64,000 nt of DNA from an uncultured Verrucomicrobiae bacterium (lineage in GTDB: Bacteria; Verrucomicrobiota; Verrucomicrobiia; Verrucomicrobiales; Akkermansiaceae): assembly GCA_963758175.1 (NCBI GenBank), contig CAVWUI010000010.1:12627-76626 (forward strand), written 5' to 3'. The position numbers and the translations under genes were made by a program. The notes below the pieces were generated by a model. It made no database searches and was not told the origin of the DNA. It saw only the letters and a program-made list of their open reading frames with translations. Position 1 is the stretch's first letter; each line of letters begins with the position of its first letter. Positions 1 to 9,307 of this stretch are shown here, piece by piece.

Positions 1-578
1 CCTACACCCAACTAACCGGTGATTCACTGGTTTTCGGGCGGGAGTTCACATCTACTGCAACTGCCCTTGGCGTTGTTCCCATTGGCAATACCGTCCAGGG
101 GATCGTGAACAACGTGGTCGGTGCGAGCGTTATCTATAATTGGGGGGCGACTGCGGAGATAGGCGGTCTGACGATTGTTCCGGACCAGCTCTATCAGGTC
201 AATTTCAGGGTCGATTCCGGTGCGGGTCTTCCGGTGGATGTTCTCGATTCCAGTACATTTAGTATCACGACTCCGGGGGTCACGGGTGCCTCAAACGAAA
301 GCACCCAATTGATTGACCTGCTGGGATTGCTTAGCATCGGGAGTGGCAGCTCCACGGGCGATTTCGCGGTTACGTTCAAATCATCTGCCGCAACAGATAA
401 GCTGAACTTTGCGTTCGCCGCATCAACGGATGTGGGCGTGTCGGCTCTTGGCGGGACGGCAGGAAACCAGAATGTCCTCACGTTCAGCGGTTTTTCTGTC
501 AATCAGATCCCTGAACCATCCTCTTCTCTCTTGTGTGGGCTTGCCGGTTTTGTCCTGCTGGGCCGCCGCAGGAGATAA
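1..578 (+). CDS. PEP-CTERM sorting-domain surface protein (5' end lies outside the window)
   Basis: C-terminus IPEPSSSLLCGLAGFVLLGRRRR (PEP motif, TM helix, Arg cluster); the frame is open from position 3 with no stop; S/T/G-rich body. Confidence 0.9.
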   Translation, partial: YTQLTGDSLVFGREFTSTATALGVVPIGNTVQGIVNNVVGASVIYNWGATAEIGGLTIVPDQLYQVNFRVDSGAGLPVDVLDSSTFSITTPGVTGASNESTQLIDLLGLLSIGSGSSTGDFAVTFKSSAATDKLNFAFAASTDVGVSALGGTAGNQNVLTFSGFSVNQIPEPSSSLLCGLAGFVLLGRRRR

Positions 579-700
579 GCGGGTCGTCGCCGAGAAACGC
601 GGACACCTTGGAAAAGTCCGTTTTTGGGTAATCAATTGTCTGGATCACCATCCATGCGGTTGGTATGAATGTCCCGGTTTTTTGAAATCGTCGCATTCAC

Positions 701-1618
701 ATGAAAAAATCAGCAGTTCCCGCCCCCATCCGCGTTTCTCGGTCTGATAGTAGCGACGGGTGTCCGGATCCGCCCGGATTCAATTCCCAGTCGCTTGCCT
801 TCAGACATCTGGACACATTCCGCCGGGTTTACGAGGACGGAACTTATCTCGGTTCGAGAGCCGGTTTTGGAGAGACCATACGGACGGTGAGAAAGTCGCT
901 TAGGGATGTGACCATGGCTTTCGGAAGCGAGTTGTTCGCAGACGCGGGCGAGGGGAGTGTCCTCCCCACTCCTTTCGGCGAGAGGCTTTTCAATGACACA
1001 CGGGCGTTGGATCTGGCGATGGGCAGGCTTATGGAAAAAGTCGGAGAGACACGGGATCATGGAAGAATCCTGCGTGTCGGGACTTCTCCCGCGATTTTCA
1101 GAACGTCCGTTTTCCGTTCCGTTTTCTGTGAACTTCAATCGATGGATGGGTTCAGGCTCTCCTATGTGCAGCTTGGGAAGGAGGATTACGCGAAGTCACT
1201 CCAACAGGGGCTTTGCGATCTGTATCTAGGTATCAATGAAAATGCCTGTGAACGGTTCGCATCGCAGTTCATTGCGGATATTCCGGTTCGGGAATACCAG
1301 CGCGGAGACCCTGGATCCCTCCAGCGCAAGGATTTGCACAGTGTCATCCGACAGAAGCCGGTCGGACGCGGCAAACGACCGGGAAGTGCGATCCTTATCC
1401 CCGAGGAGAAATGGATACACTGGATTGATCATCCGGCGGCTTGCGAGGAGGGCGTAATGGTGCGCGCACCCGAGATATCCGTGGATCCCAGGTTCTGGAA
1501 CGAGGTCGAATCCGTTTCTGATGGGAGGGAAACGATCTCCCTTCATGCCGTTTTTCTGAAAAATCACCCGTTCGAGTTCCTCCCGAAGCTTTCCTCCAGA
1601 TTGCGCGAAAGAATCTGA
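701..1618 (+). CDS. Degenerate LysR-like transcriptional regulator
   Basis: LysR-like layout: FRHLDTFRRVYE...FGSELF...PTPFGERL linker, LRVG, DL motif (QGLCDLYL); the canonical HTH core is poorly conserved; the true start may be further downstream. Confidence 0.6.
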   Translation: MKKSAVPAPIRVSRSDSSDGCPDPPGFNSQSLAFRHLDTFRRVYEDGTYLGSRAGFGETIRTVRKSLRDVTMAFGSELFADAGEGSVLPTPFGERLFNDTRALDLAMGRLMEKVGETRDHGRILRVGTSPAIFRTSVFRSVFCELQSMDGFRLSYVQLGKEDYAKSLQQGLCDLYLGINENACERFASQFIADIPVREYQRGDPGSLQRKDLHSVIRQKPVGRGKRPGSAILIPEEKWIHWIDHPAACEEGVMVRAPEISVDPRFWNEVESVSDGRETISLHAVFLKNHPFEFLPKLSSRLRERI

Positions 1619-1622
1619 AGTC

Positions 1623-2561
1623 ATGCTAAACCCGGAGATTCGCGAAATACAGGCGGCGCTCTCACTCGTCAGGAACGGATGTTTCGCTTCCGCCGCGGCT
1701 GAACTTGGAATTACCCAGCCAGCCGTCAGCCAGCGTATCGCGAAGCTGGAGCAGATACTCGGTTTTCCCGTGTTTCACCGCCGCAATGAGGGCACGAAGC
1801 TTACCGCCGAGGGGGCGGCGCTGCTGCCACTGTTGGAAGAGGTGGATGCGGAATTCCAAAACGTCCTCCGGCGCGCTTCATACTGGAAGAGGGCGAAGGG
1901 GAAGCAATTGAACGTTCTGATCGACGGCAGTGTCCTGGCGCAATCGATTCATTTCAACGCATGTTCCGACGGGTTCGCGGGGAGTTCCGAAAAATGGAGC
2001 AGCCCTGATGACTGCGGGGACTGGATAGGCGCGTTGCGGAATTACGGAACCGATCTTGTCCTAGCCGGGTCGTTTCTTGGCGGGGCGGATCTTACCGGGA
2101 TACGGACGGCGCCCTTACTCGTCGAGCGCGGTGTAACCGCCGCTTGGAATCCCGAGTATTATCATTTTGACCAGAAGGATTTCAGTTTCCCCGAAGCCGT
2201 CTCCACCACCCTCATCCTACCCGCTGACCGGATGGCCGCGGGTTTCAGACAATTTATCACCGGATGGTGCGCCACGACTTACGGACGCCAGCCGGGCGGG
2301 GTCATCGAGGCGAACACCGAGGCGGACGCCATCCAGGTCTGCAGGCAGGGCATGGGAGTCCTGCTGCTTCCTGGCGAGGCGGAGCGGAGGTTGACACTGG
2401 AGGAGAAGGGGCTTCACACGTTCCATTCGTTCAAAAGCCTTCTTCCGGAAGCGTTCGTCTTCGGAGTTCGCTATCGTGCGGACGAACGCAATCCTCAGGC
2501 TCTCGAGGCGGTGGCCCGACTCTCAGGAGAAGAATCCGGGCATAATAAGAAGCCGATGTGA
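1623..2561 (+). CDS. LysR family transcriptional regulator
   Basis: Canonical HTH GCFASAAAELGITQPAVSQRIAKLEQILGFPVFHR...LTAEG; 312 aa. Confidence 0.92.
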   Translation: MLNPEIREIQAALSLVRNGCFASAAAELGITQPAVSQRIAKLEQILGFPVFHRRNEGTKLTAEGAALLPLLEEVDAEFQNVLRRASYWKRAKGKQLNVLIDGSVLAQSIHFNACSDGFAGSSEKWSSPDDCGDWIGALRNYGTDLVLAGSFLGGADLTGIRTAPLLVERGVTAAWNPEYYHFDQKDFSFPEAVSTTLILPADRMAAGFRQFITGWCATTYGRQPGGVIEANTEADAIQVCRQGMGVLLLPGEAERRLTLEEKGLHTFHSFKSLLPEAFVFGVRYRADERNPQALEAVARLSGEESGHNKKPM

Positions 2562-2655
2562 ACGAAACCGTTGGCGACATGGAACTCTTTTTTCCGGCGA
2601 ACCTTTGAGTTAAAAGGAAAACTCCCGTCACTGTGATTTATTTTCAGAAATCTAC

Positions 2656-2684
2656 TTGACCCGGAGCCCCGGATATGGTTTTCT
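2656..2684 (+). promoter_or_regulatory. Putative sigma70 promoter for the candidate sRNA
   Basis: TTGACC (2656-2661), 17 nt, then TGn-extended TTTTCT (2679-2684); AT-rich upstream region with a GATTT-N8-AAATC dyad (2635-2652). Confidence 0.5.
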
Positions 2685-2690
2685 CCCGTC

Positions 2691-2774
2691 GTCGCAAGAC
2701 AAGGCGGCTCGACTGAACGTCCCTTTGGGTTTTTGGGTTTTTCCCGGGGATAATCGGTCGAGCCGCTCTTTTTT
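2691..2774 (+). ncRNA. Candidate small RNA (GNRA mini-hairpin, long hairpin, U6 tail)
   Basis: GTC-GCAA-GAC (2691-2700); 14-bp stem 2703-2716/2754-2767; inner stems 2719-2724/2746-2751 and 2727-2729/2743-2745; loop TTTTTGGGTTTTT; T6 at 2769-2774. Confidence 0.6.
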
Positions 2775-2903
2775 GTCCTCGGTTCACCTTATTGCGGGTT
2801 TGAGTCGCTAAGCGCAATAATTCCCCGTCGGCCAGTTCCCATCGTTGGTTCGCTCCTCAAATCTTGCCGGATCGCGGAAACGACCTTTTACTGATCCCGC
2901 GAG

Positions 2904-3732
2904 ATGGTATGGTGCGATGGAAAATTTCTGGAGGAGGAGGAGTTCAGGGTTTCACCCTTCGACCGCGCCCTGTGTCACGGATTCAGTCTTTTCGAGACCA
3001 TACTCGCGGTGGATGGAAAGCCTCGTCTGCTTGGAGAGCATCTTGATCGCCTCCGGCAGGGGATCGAGAGACTGGGAGTGGCCAGCGTCGGGCTGTCCGA
3101 CAGTGGCCTGGAAAGCGTGGTCGTTTCCCTGCTTGCGAAAAACGCTTTGGAAAAAGGCATGGCGCGCATTCGTTTCACGGTGAGTCTCGGCGCTGGGCCG
3201 ATGAACCGCACGGACAGCGGGAAAGCGTGGGCATGGATGGTCGCAACAGGGATCACCGAGGACGACACCCCCATCCTCCTGACCTCCGCCCCATGGCGGC
3301 ACAATGCTGAAGGTGTCTTGCGCGGTATCAAGGTGGGGAGACTACGCCGAGAACCTTGTCGCTATGGATATGGCGAGGCGCGAGGGCTTCGACGAAATGC
3401 TTTTCTACAATACTTCCGATGAACTCTGTGAAGCGGCGATGGCCAACGTCTTCCTTGTCCGCGACGGGGAGCTGCTCACCCCATCCCTGGACAGCGGATG
3501 CCTCGCGGGAGTGACCCGGAATATGATCATGCGAATTGCCAACGCCCGGGGAATCGGGTGCGCGGAGAAACGCCTGGTGCATGCGGATGTGAGAAAGGCC
3601 GACTGTATTTTCCTCACATCATCCATTCGCGGACCGGTGAGAGTCGGCGTTTTCAAGGGGAGATCCTACGAGGACAGCCCTCTTTTCGACCAACTGCGCT
3701 CAGATTGGCTCTCGAAAATGAAAGAAGCCTGA
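2904..3732 (+). CDS. Aminotransferase class IV (IlvE/PabC-like), split by a frameshift at about 3335
   Basis: [18 protein letters not shown], catalytic Lys in [23 protein letters not shown]; an extra G in GTGGGGAGAC separates ORF 2904-3422 from ORF 3304-3732. Confidence 0.88.
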
Positions 3733-3820
3733 ATCCCGGTTTCTTTTGCGGTTTTCCCTTTTCCGACGGGGAGCATCCTTCAGCATCCACGCGCATTCCA
3801 ACCCCACGATAAAGAACACC

Positions 3821-4864
3821 ATGTCACGACCAGTCACACTTTTCACCGGCCAGTGGGCCGATCTGCCGCTAGAAACGCTCGCCCCGCTCGCCTCGGAAAT
3901 GGGTTACGACGGTCTTGAGCTCGCTTGCTGGGGTGATCACTTCGATGTCGACCAGGCGGTTTCGAAGAAGACCTACGTGAAGGAGAAATGGGAGCTTCTC
4001 TCCGATCATGGCCTTACCTGTTATGCGATCTCGAACCACCTCGTCGGTCAGGCGATCTGTGATAACATCGATGAGCGCCACCAGTCCATCCTGTCCCCGG
4101 AAGTCTGGGGCGACGGCGATCCCGAAGGCGTTCGCAAGCGCGCTGCCAGGCAGATGATCAAGACGGGCAAAGCGGCGCGGAAATTTCTCGATGCGAAGCC
4201 GGGACGCAAGAACCAGGACGAGTTTCCGGCAGTCGTGAACGGTTTCACCGGTTCCTCCATCTGGCACGCGCTTTACGCGTTCCCACCTACGAACCAGGCG
4301 TTCTATGACAAGGGTTTCGAGGATTTCGCCAAACGCTTCATCCCCATCCTGGACTCATTTGAAAAGGAAAACGTGAACTTCGCCCTCGAGGTTCATCCCA
4401 CGGAGATCGCCTTTGATATCGCGACCGCGCGACGCGCGATGGAGGCCGTGAAAAACCACAAGCGTTTCGGCTTCAACTATGATCCGTCCCACCTCGGCTA
4501 TCAGGGGGTCGATTACGTGAAGTTCATCCGCGAGCTGGGCGATCGCATTTTCCACGTCCACATGAAGGATGCCTGGTGGGGGCACGGTGATGGCTCCGTC
4601 GGAGTCTTCGGTGGTAGCACCGATTTCGGAGACTCGCGCCGTTTCTGGGACTTCCGCTCGCTCGGTCACGGAGACATCGAGTTCGAGGACATCATCGTCG
4701 CCCTGAATGACATCAAATACGCCGGGCCGCTATCCGTCGAGTGGGAGGACATCCGCATGGACAGGGTGCATGGTGGCACGGAGGCGGCCGCCTTCGTCCG
4801 CAATGTGGACTTTCCCGGCTCCGACGTCGCTTTCGACGCGGCCTTCGACAAATCGAATCAATAG
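3821..4864 (+). CDS. Sugar phosphate isomerase/epimerase (xylose-isomerase-like TIM barrel)
   Basis: [52 protein letters not shown]; ATG at 3821. Confidence 0.9.
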   Translation: MSRPVTLFTGQWADLPLETLAPLASEMGYDGLELACWGDHFDVDQAVSKKTYVKEKWELLSDHGLTCYAISNHLVGQAICDNIDERHQSILSPEVWGDGDPEGVRKRAARQMIKTGKAARKFLDAKPGRKNQDEFPAVVNGFTGSSIWHALYAFPPTNQAFYDKGFEDFAKRFIPILDSFEKENVNFALEVHPTEIAFDIATARRAMEAVKNHKRFGFNYDPSHLGYQGVDYVKFIRELGDRIFHVHMKDAWWGHGDGSVGVFGGSTDFGDSRRFWDFRSLGHGDIEFEDIIVALNDIKYAGPLSVEWEDIRMDRVHGGTEAAAFVRNVDFPGSDVAFDAAFDKSNQ

Positions 4865-4888
4865 TCCAGAAACCTAACAGAAAAAATC

Positions 4889-5971
4889 ATGTCAATCAAA
4901 GTAGGAGTAATCGGAGCGGGATGGATGGTGAAATACCACGCCGCCGGCTTTCGCCAGGCTGGAGCTGAAATCGTGGCTGTGGCGGATCCGGCGCCCGGTG
5001 CGGCTCAGAAGGCTGCGGACGAATGGGGGATCGCGAAGACTTTCGAGTCAGTCGACGCGATGCTTGCGGAGGCACCCGAGCTGGATGCCGTCAGCATCAT
5101 CGTGCCGAACAAATTTCACGCTCCCCTCGCTCTCCAGTGCCTGCGGGCGGGCAAGCATGTGTTCTGTGAAAAACCTCCCGGACTCAATGCCGGCGAAGTC
5201 GAGGAAATGGTCGGGGTCGCCAAGGAAACGGGCAAGAAACTGATGTTCAATTTCAACAACCGCGCCCGTCCCGAGTCGCAGGCGATGAAGGGCTATGTGG
5301 ACGACGGAACGGTGGGCGTGATCAATTCCGCCCAGGCGAAATGGATTCGCCGCACCGGCATCCCCGGCTTCGGCGGGTGGTTCACCACCAAGGCAATGGC
5401 TGGCGGAGGAGCCACCATCGATCTTCTCCACATGATCGATCTCTCGCTCTATTTCATGGGATATCCGGAGCCGGCCCACGTGCTTGCGAACACCTTCGAC
5501 ACTCATATCACCGATTCCGGTTTCAAAGGCCCGTGGGGAATTCCGGATCGCGAGGGCGGCACCACGGATGTCGAGTGCGCGGCACACGGCTTCGTCCGTT
5601 TCAAGAGCGGCCAGGTTCTCAGTCTACAGGTTTCCTGGGCGGAGATGGTGAAACGCGAGGAGGTTTCCGTCGTGTTCCAAGGCACGAAGGCCGGCGGAAA
5701 AGTCGAGCGCCTTTTCGCACGCGACGGATTTGACGAGACCGCAATCGATACCTGCGAACTCTACGTTCAGGAAAACGGCAACAGCGTCGACCGAACCATC
5801 ATCGTCGAGGAATGCGAGGATATGGGACGCATCAATTCCGCCGCGAATTTCATTGATACGATCAACGGGGTCGCGGAGCCGTTCAACACACCGGAGCAGG
5901 CTCTCAAGCTGATGCTTATCATCGACGCACTCTACGAGTCCGCGAAAACAGGCGCACCGGTCGCAGTGTGA
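4889..5971 (+). CDS. Gfo/Idh/MocA family NAD(P)-dependent oxidoreductase
   Basis: VGVIGAG Rossmann motif, GKHVFCEKP, GGGATID..H.ID. Confidence 0.93.
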   Translation: MSIKVGVIGAGWMVKYHAAGFRQAGAEIVAVADPAPGAAQKAADEWGIAKTFESVDAMLAEAPELDAVSIIVPNKFHAPLALQCLRAGKHVFCEKPPGLNAGEVEEMVGVAKETGKKLMFNFNNRARPESQAMKGYVDDGTVGVINSAQAKWIRRTGIPGFGGWFTTKAMAGGGATIDLLHMIDLSLYFMGYPEPAHVLANTFDTHITDSGFKGPWGIPDREGGTTDVECAAHGFVRFKSGQVLSLQVSWAEMVKREEVSVVFQGTKAGGKVERLFARDGFDETAIDTCELYVQENGNSVDRTIIVEECEDMGRINSAANFIDTINGVAEPFNTPEQALKLMLIIDALYESAKTGAPVAV

Positions 5972-6006
5972 CCAGAGATGCGGAGACGCGTCCGCTCCTC
6001 ACTGAA

Positions 6007-6315
6007 ATGCTCCTCGTATTCTCGACTTTTCCGAACCTGGAGAAGGCGCGTGAGATTGCCGGCCACATCATTGCCGAAAATCTCGCCGCCTGTGTGAACA
6101 TCCTTCCCTCCGTTGAATCGATCTACCGTTGGGACGGCGAGATCCAGAGCGATTCCGAAGTTCTCGCGATTTTCAAGGTCGCGGCGGATGGTTATAGGGG
6201 CCTGGAGGAAGCCATTCTCGCGAGGCATCCGTATGAAACTCCAGAGGTCGTGGGCATCGCCGCTGACAGGGTGGAAGGGAAATACTTGGAATGGGTGAAA
6301 GGTGAGGCACGGTAG
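6007..6315 (+). CDS. cutA: Divalent-cation tolerance protein CutA
   Basis: LAACVNILP.VESIYRWDG, HPYETPE. Confidence 0.93.
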   Translation: MLLVFSTFPNLEKAREIAGHIIAENLAACVNILPSVESIYRWDGEIQSDSEVLAIFKVAADGYRGLEEAILARHPYETPEVVGIAADRVEGKYLEWVKGEAR

Positions 6316-6326
6316 CTGTAATTCGC

Positions 6327-6931
6327 TCACTCCACGATCACCGGAGTCCCGACTTGCACGTTCTCGAAAAATTTCTCGGACATGTGGTGGGGCATGCGGA
6401 CGCAGCCATGGGAGGCGGCATAGCCTGGGAGGTAGCCGGTGTGCATGCCGATTCCGCCATCAAAGCGCATGAAATTCGGCATGGGCGCGTGGTATTGCAC
6501 CTGACCCGGGCCGGGCTTATCGACGCGGAAATCGGCGTTGTCATTGATCATCCGGCCTGTCGCCCTGTCCTTGATCACCCCGTAGAGGGATGATTTATGG
6601 TCTTTGCTTTTCTCGGTGATCCTGAAAGTGCCCGCATGCGTGCCGTTTCCTTCTTTCCCGGTCGAGATCTTGGAAACTCCGACGAGAACCCCGCCTTTGT
6701 AGAAACTGGCCTTCTGTTCCCTGCGGTTGATCCTGATGAGCGGAGAGCCGCTGACACCGTCCCCGTCCCAGTAGGAAACATCGTCCGGGATGGCGGGCGC
6801 CGGGTGATGGGGCCGCCCGATGTCTGCTGATGGATCGAGCCGATGCCGGCCATGTAATCGGAGCCCGGCGGCGAACTGTTGGAGCAGGCAGCAAGGGGGA
6901 GCGAAATGATAAGGAGAGGTAGATATTTCAT
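6327..6931 (-). CDS. L,D-transpeptidase (YkuD) lipoprotein, frameshifted at about 6800
   Basis: Lipobox LAAC in MKYLPLLIISLPLAAC; catalytic motif GMHTG...ASHGCVRM; adding one C gives the continuous reading ITPAPAIPDDVSYWDG. Confidence 0.85.
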
Positions 6932-7075
6932 CTGCGTGAAGTAATTGTGGGCGCGTCCCGCCGCGTAGGCAAGACTCAAGATAGACGAACTGGCGCGGGG
7001 TTTATTTCAAAAATCCTGACCGGATGCCGACCGCGAACTTGCCTGATACGAGCGGGCGGGATAGGAATCGTGGCG

Positions 7076-7816
7076 ATGACGGAAGAGAAACTGCGGCTAC
7101 CCGAGCACTTTGAGATCGAGCGTGAGCTGAGCGAGCAGCTCAGCGGGAGACCCGGTCACCAGCGCTGCGTCGTGGGACATGACGAGTTGCTACTTGTTCT
7201 CCATGAGGTTCCGGAACCCGGCATCCCGGAGCGGGACGCGGTGTTTTTCTGGCGGAGGCTGGACGGACGATGGCTCCAGCCGGGCGGTGCCGGTCTGGAC
7301 GAACTCGAAGCCCTCCTGGACAGGTATGCCCGCGCCATCGATGGGAATGAGGAGATCCTTGAGAAAACGGAATCCACGCAACAGGTGTTCGGCATATTAC
7401 GCCATGCCGGGCCTATCGCCAGAAGCTCACGAAATCTCGTCCAGTCGCTGGAACAGGTTCTGGTTCAGGAACCCGACGACAGGGAGATACGGGCTTTCCG
7501 TGACCGTGCCCGCGAGTTGGAGAGGGCGGCGGAGCTACTACATTCGGACGCGCGCGAGACTCTTGTCTATTGGCAGGCCGAAGCCTCCGAGCAGCATGCG
7601 AAGTCCGCCGATCGCCTCGGAAACATCCTTTTCAAACTGAACCTCGTGACGGGTTTCTTCCTGCCGCTTGTCGCGCTCGGAGGTCTTTTCGGAATGAATC
7701 TCGATCTGCCTGAATTTTTGAGAGGAATGTTCTGGTGGGTGTTCTTCGGAGGGCTGGCCATCGGTGGGCTGCTGCTCTGGTATGTCTCCAAGGATGAGTG
7801 GGGCAAAGACCCGTGA
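7076..7816 (+). CDS. Short CorA-family divalent cation transporter
   Basis: FFLPLVALGGLFGMN (GMN motif) plus a second TM helix; helical stalk. Confidence 0.8.
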   Translation: MTEEKLRLPEHFEIERELSEQLSGRPGHQRCVVGHDELLLVLHEVPEPGIPERDAVFFWRRLDGRWLQPGGAGLDELEALLDRYARAIDGNEEILEKTESTQQVFGILRHAGPIARSSRNLVQSLEQVLVQEPDDREIRAFRDRARELERAAELLHSDARETLVYWQAEASEQHAKSADRLGNILFKLNLVTGFFLPLVALGGLFGMNLDLPEFLRGMFWWVFFGGLAIGGLLLWYVSKDEWGKDP

Positions 7817-7870
7817 GGTCATGACAAAGCGGGTTGCATTGGATTGGCTCGCGGGTAGAATCCCCGCATC

Positions 7871-8242
7871 ATGAGCGAAGCACAGCCGAAAATCACCGCC
7901 TATCTGAAAACCTTCTGCGGCTGGAGCGAGGGCGTCCGCGCCATCATGCGGAAATACGAGCTGCCGTTCGAAGAAAAGGATATCATAAAGAATCCCGCGT
8001 TCAGGTGGGAGATGGAGCAGCGCAGCGGCCAGCCGCTCTCACCTTGCGTGGAGGTGAACGGAACCATGCTTGCTGACGTCAGTGGGGAAGAGGTCGAGAA
8101 ATGGATGCTGGAAAACGGAGTCGTCCGGGACAACGAGGTGAAACCGGACGCGCCCATCGATTCCGCCTGCACCGACGAACAGCACGAGGCAATGGCCGCG
8201 GGCAGACTGCCGGTTCCTGGCAAGATACGTTTTTTCGAGTAG
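7871..8242 (+). CDS. Monothiol glutaredoxin-like protein
   Basis: CGWS active site (CGFS-like), SGQPLSPCVEVNG cis-Pro region; upstream TTGCAT-16-TAGAAT. Confidence 0.85.
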   Translation: MSEAQPKITAYLKTFCGWSEGVRAIMRKYELPFEEKDIIKNPAFRWEMEQRSGQPLSPCVEVNGTMLADVSGEEVEKWMLENGVVRDNEVKPDAPIDSACTDEQHEAMAAGRLPVPGKIRFFE

Positions 8243-8315
8243 GGAGCCGGGAACAATGCAGTCCTGACATATTTCGCAGACAAACCCGGCCATCCGGGGC
8301 ATTGTCTCGCAAGGA

Positions 8316-8849
8316 ATGCGCAACCTCTCGAAAGCCTGGAAGCAATGGCTGGCCGAACACGGCCCGCGACTTCTTCTATTCGCGCGGGGCTGGGGGAAAT
8401 CCCGCGAGGACGCTGAAGACCTGGTGCAGGATGCGGTTTTAAAAATGTGGCACTACCAGCAGGAGGAGAACAGGGGCGGCGGCCATCCCGATCTGCCACT
8501 TGTTTTCTCCACCATACGCTTCGGCGGCCTTATGCTGCATCGCTCGGAGAAACGCCGTAGAAAGCGGGAGGAGGCCATCGTTTTTTTGAACGATTTCCAG
8601 GACGTCTGGCTGGATCCTGTGCTGGAAGAGGACGAGGAGGCGGTGCTCTTGCGTGACGCTGTCCAGAACCTCAGTGACAAGCTCCGCGAGGTGGTGATCA
8701 TGAAGACATGGGGTGGCCTGACCTTCGCGCAGATTTCGGAAACCCTGGCGATTTCCCCGAACACGGCGGCATCACGCTACCGCTACGCGCTGGAGCAGCT
8801 CGCCAAAGACATGAAACAGGTAAAGGAGGAACGCCGTGCGCAAGCCTGA
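8316..8849 (+). CDS. ECF RNA polymerase sigma factor
   Basis: DAEDLVQD (region 2); LREVVIMKTWGGLTFAQISETLAISPNTAASRYRYAL (region 4). Confidence 0.93.
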   Translation: MRNLSKAWKQWLAEHGPRLLLFARGWGKSREDAEDLVQDAVLKMWHYQQEENRGGGHPDLPLVFSTIRFGGLMLHRSEKRRRKREEAIVFLNDFQDVWLDPVLEEDEEAVLLRDAVQNLSDKLREVVIMKTWGGLTFAQISETLAISPNTAASRYRYALEQLAKDMKQVKEERRAQA

Positions 8850-9306
8850 CCAGTCGTTTGAAGATTTGGAGAGATCCCTGTCCCGGCTCATGCCGGTCGC
8901 GCTGGGTGAGGGGGCGCGGGAACGAATGGACACCATGATCGATTCTCTCGCAAGGGATGCGGGGGAGACAGGTTCTGATTTCAGAAATCCGGTGAAATGG
9001 CTGGTGTGTGGAGGGGTTGCCGCCGCCCTTGCGATAGGTGCCTACGTCGCCATTCCTCACCAGCCTGTGAAGACCGTTTCCCAGGCAGACGAAACGGCTC
9101 CGGAGCTGATCTATCTTTCTGAAGCCGACAGGGTCGAGGGTGTCAGCGACGAGGGTCTTTTCGTGGATTCCGGCGGCTCGGCCGTTCGTAAGGTCCGCGT
9201 CCGGGTCGTCGAGGAAAGCCGCGTGCGCGACGAGGAGACGGGGATCGTGGTCATGCTGACAGAGCCCCGCGAGGAAATGTACATGGTGCCTGTCAGCACT
9301 TTCTGA
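8836..9306 (+). CDS. Putative single-TM anti-sigma factor
   Basis: Overlaps the ECF gene end; cytoplasmic N-terminus, one TM helix (WLVCGGVAAALAIGAYVAI), small C-terminal domain. Confidence 0.65.
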   Translation: MRKPDQSFEDLERSLSRLMPVALGEGARERMDTMIDSLARDAGETGSDFRNPVKWLVCGGVAAALAIGAYVAIPHQPVKTVSQADETAPELIYLSEADRVEGVSDEGLFVDSGGSAVRKVRVRVVEESRVRDEETGIVVMLTEPREEMYMVPVSTF

Positions 9307-9307
9307 C

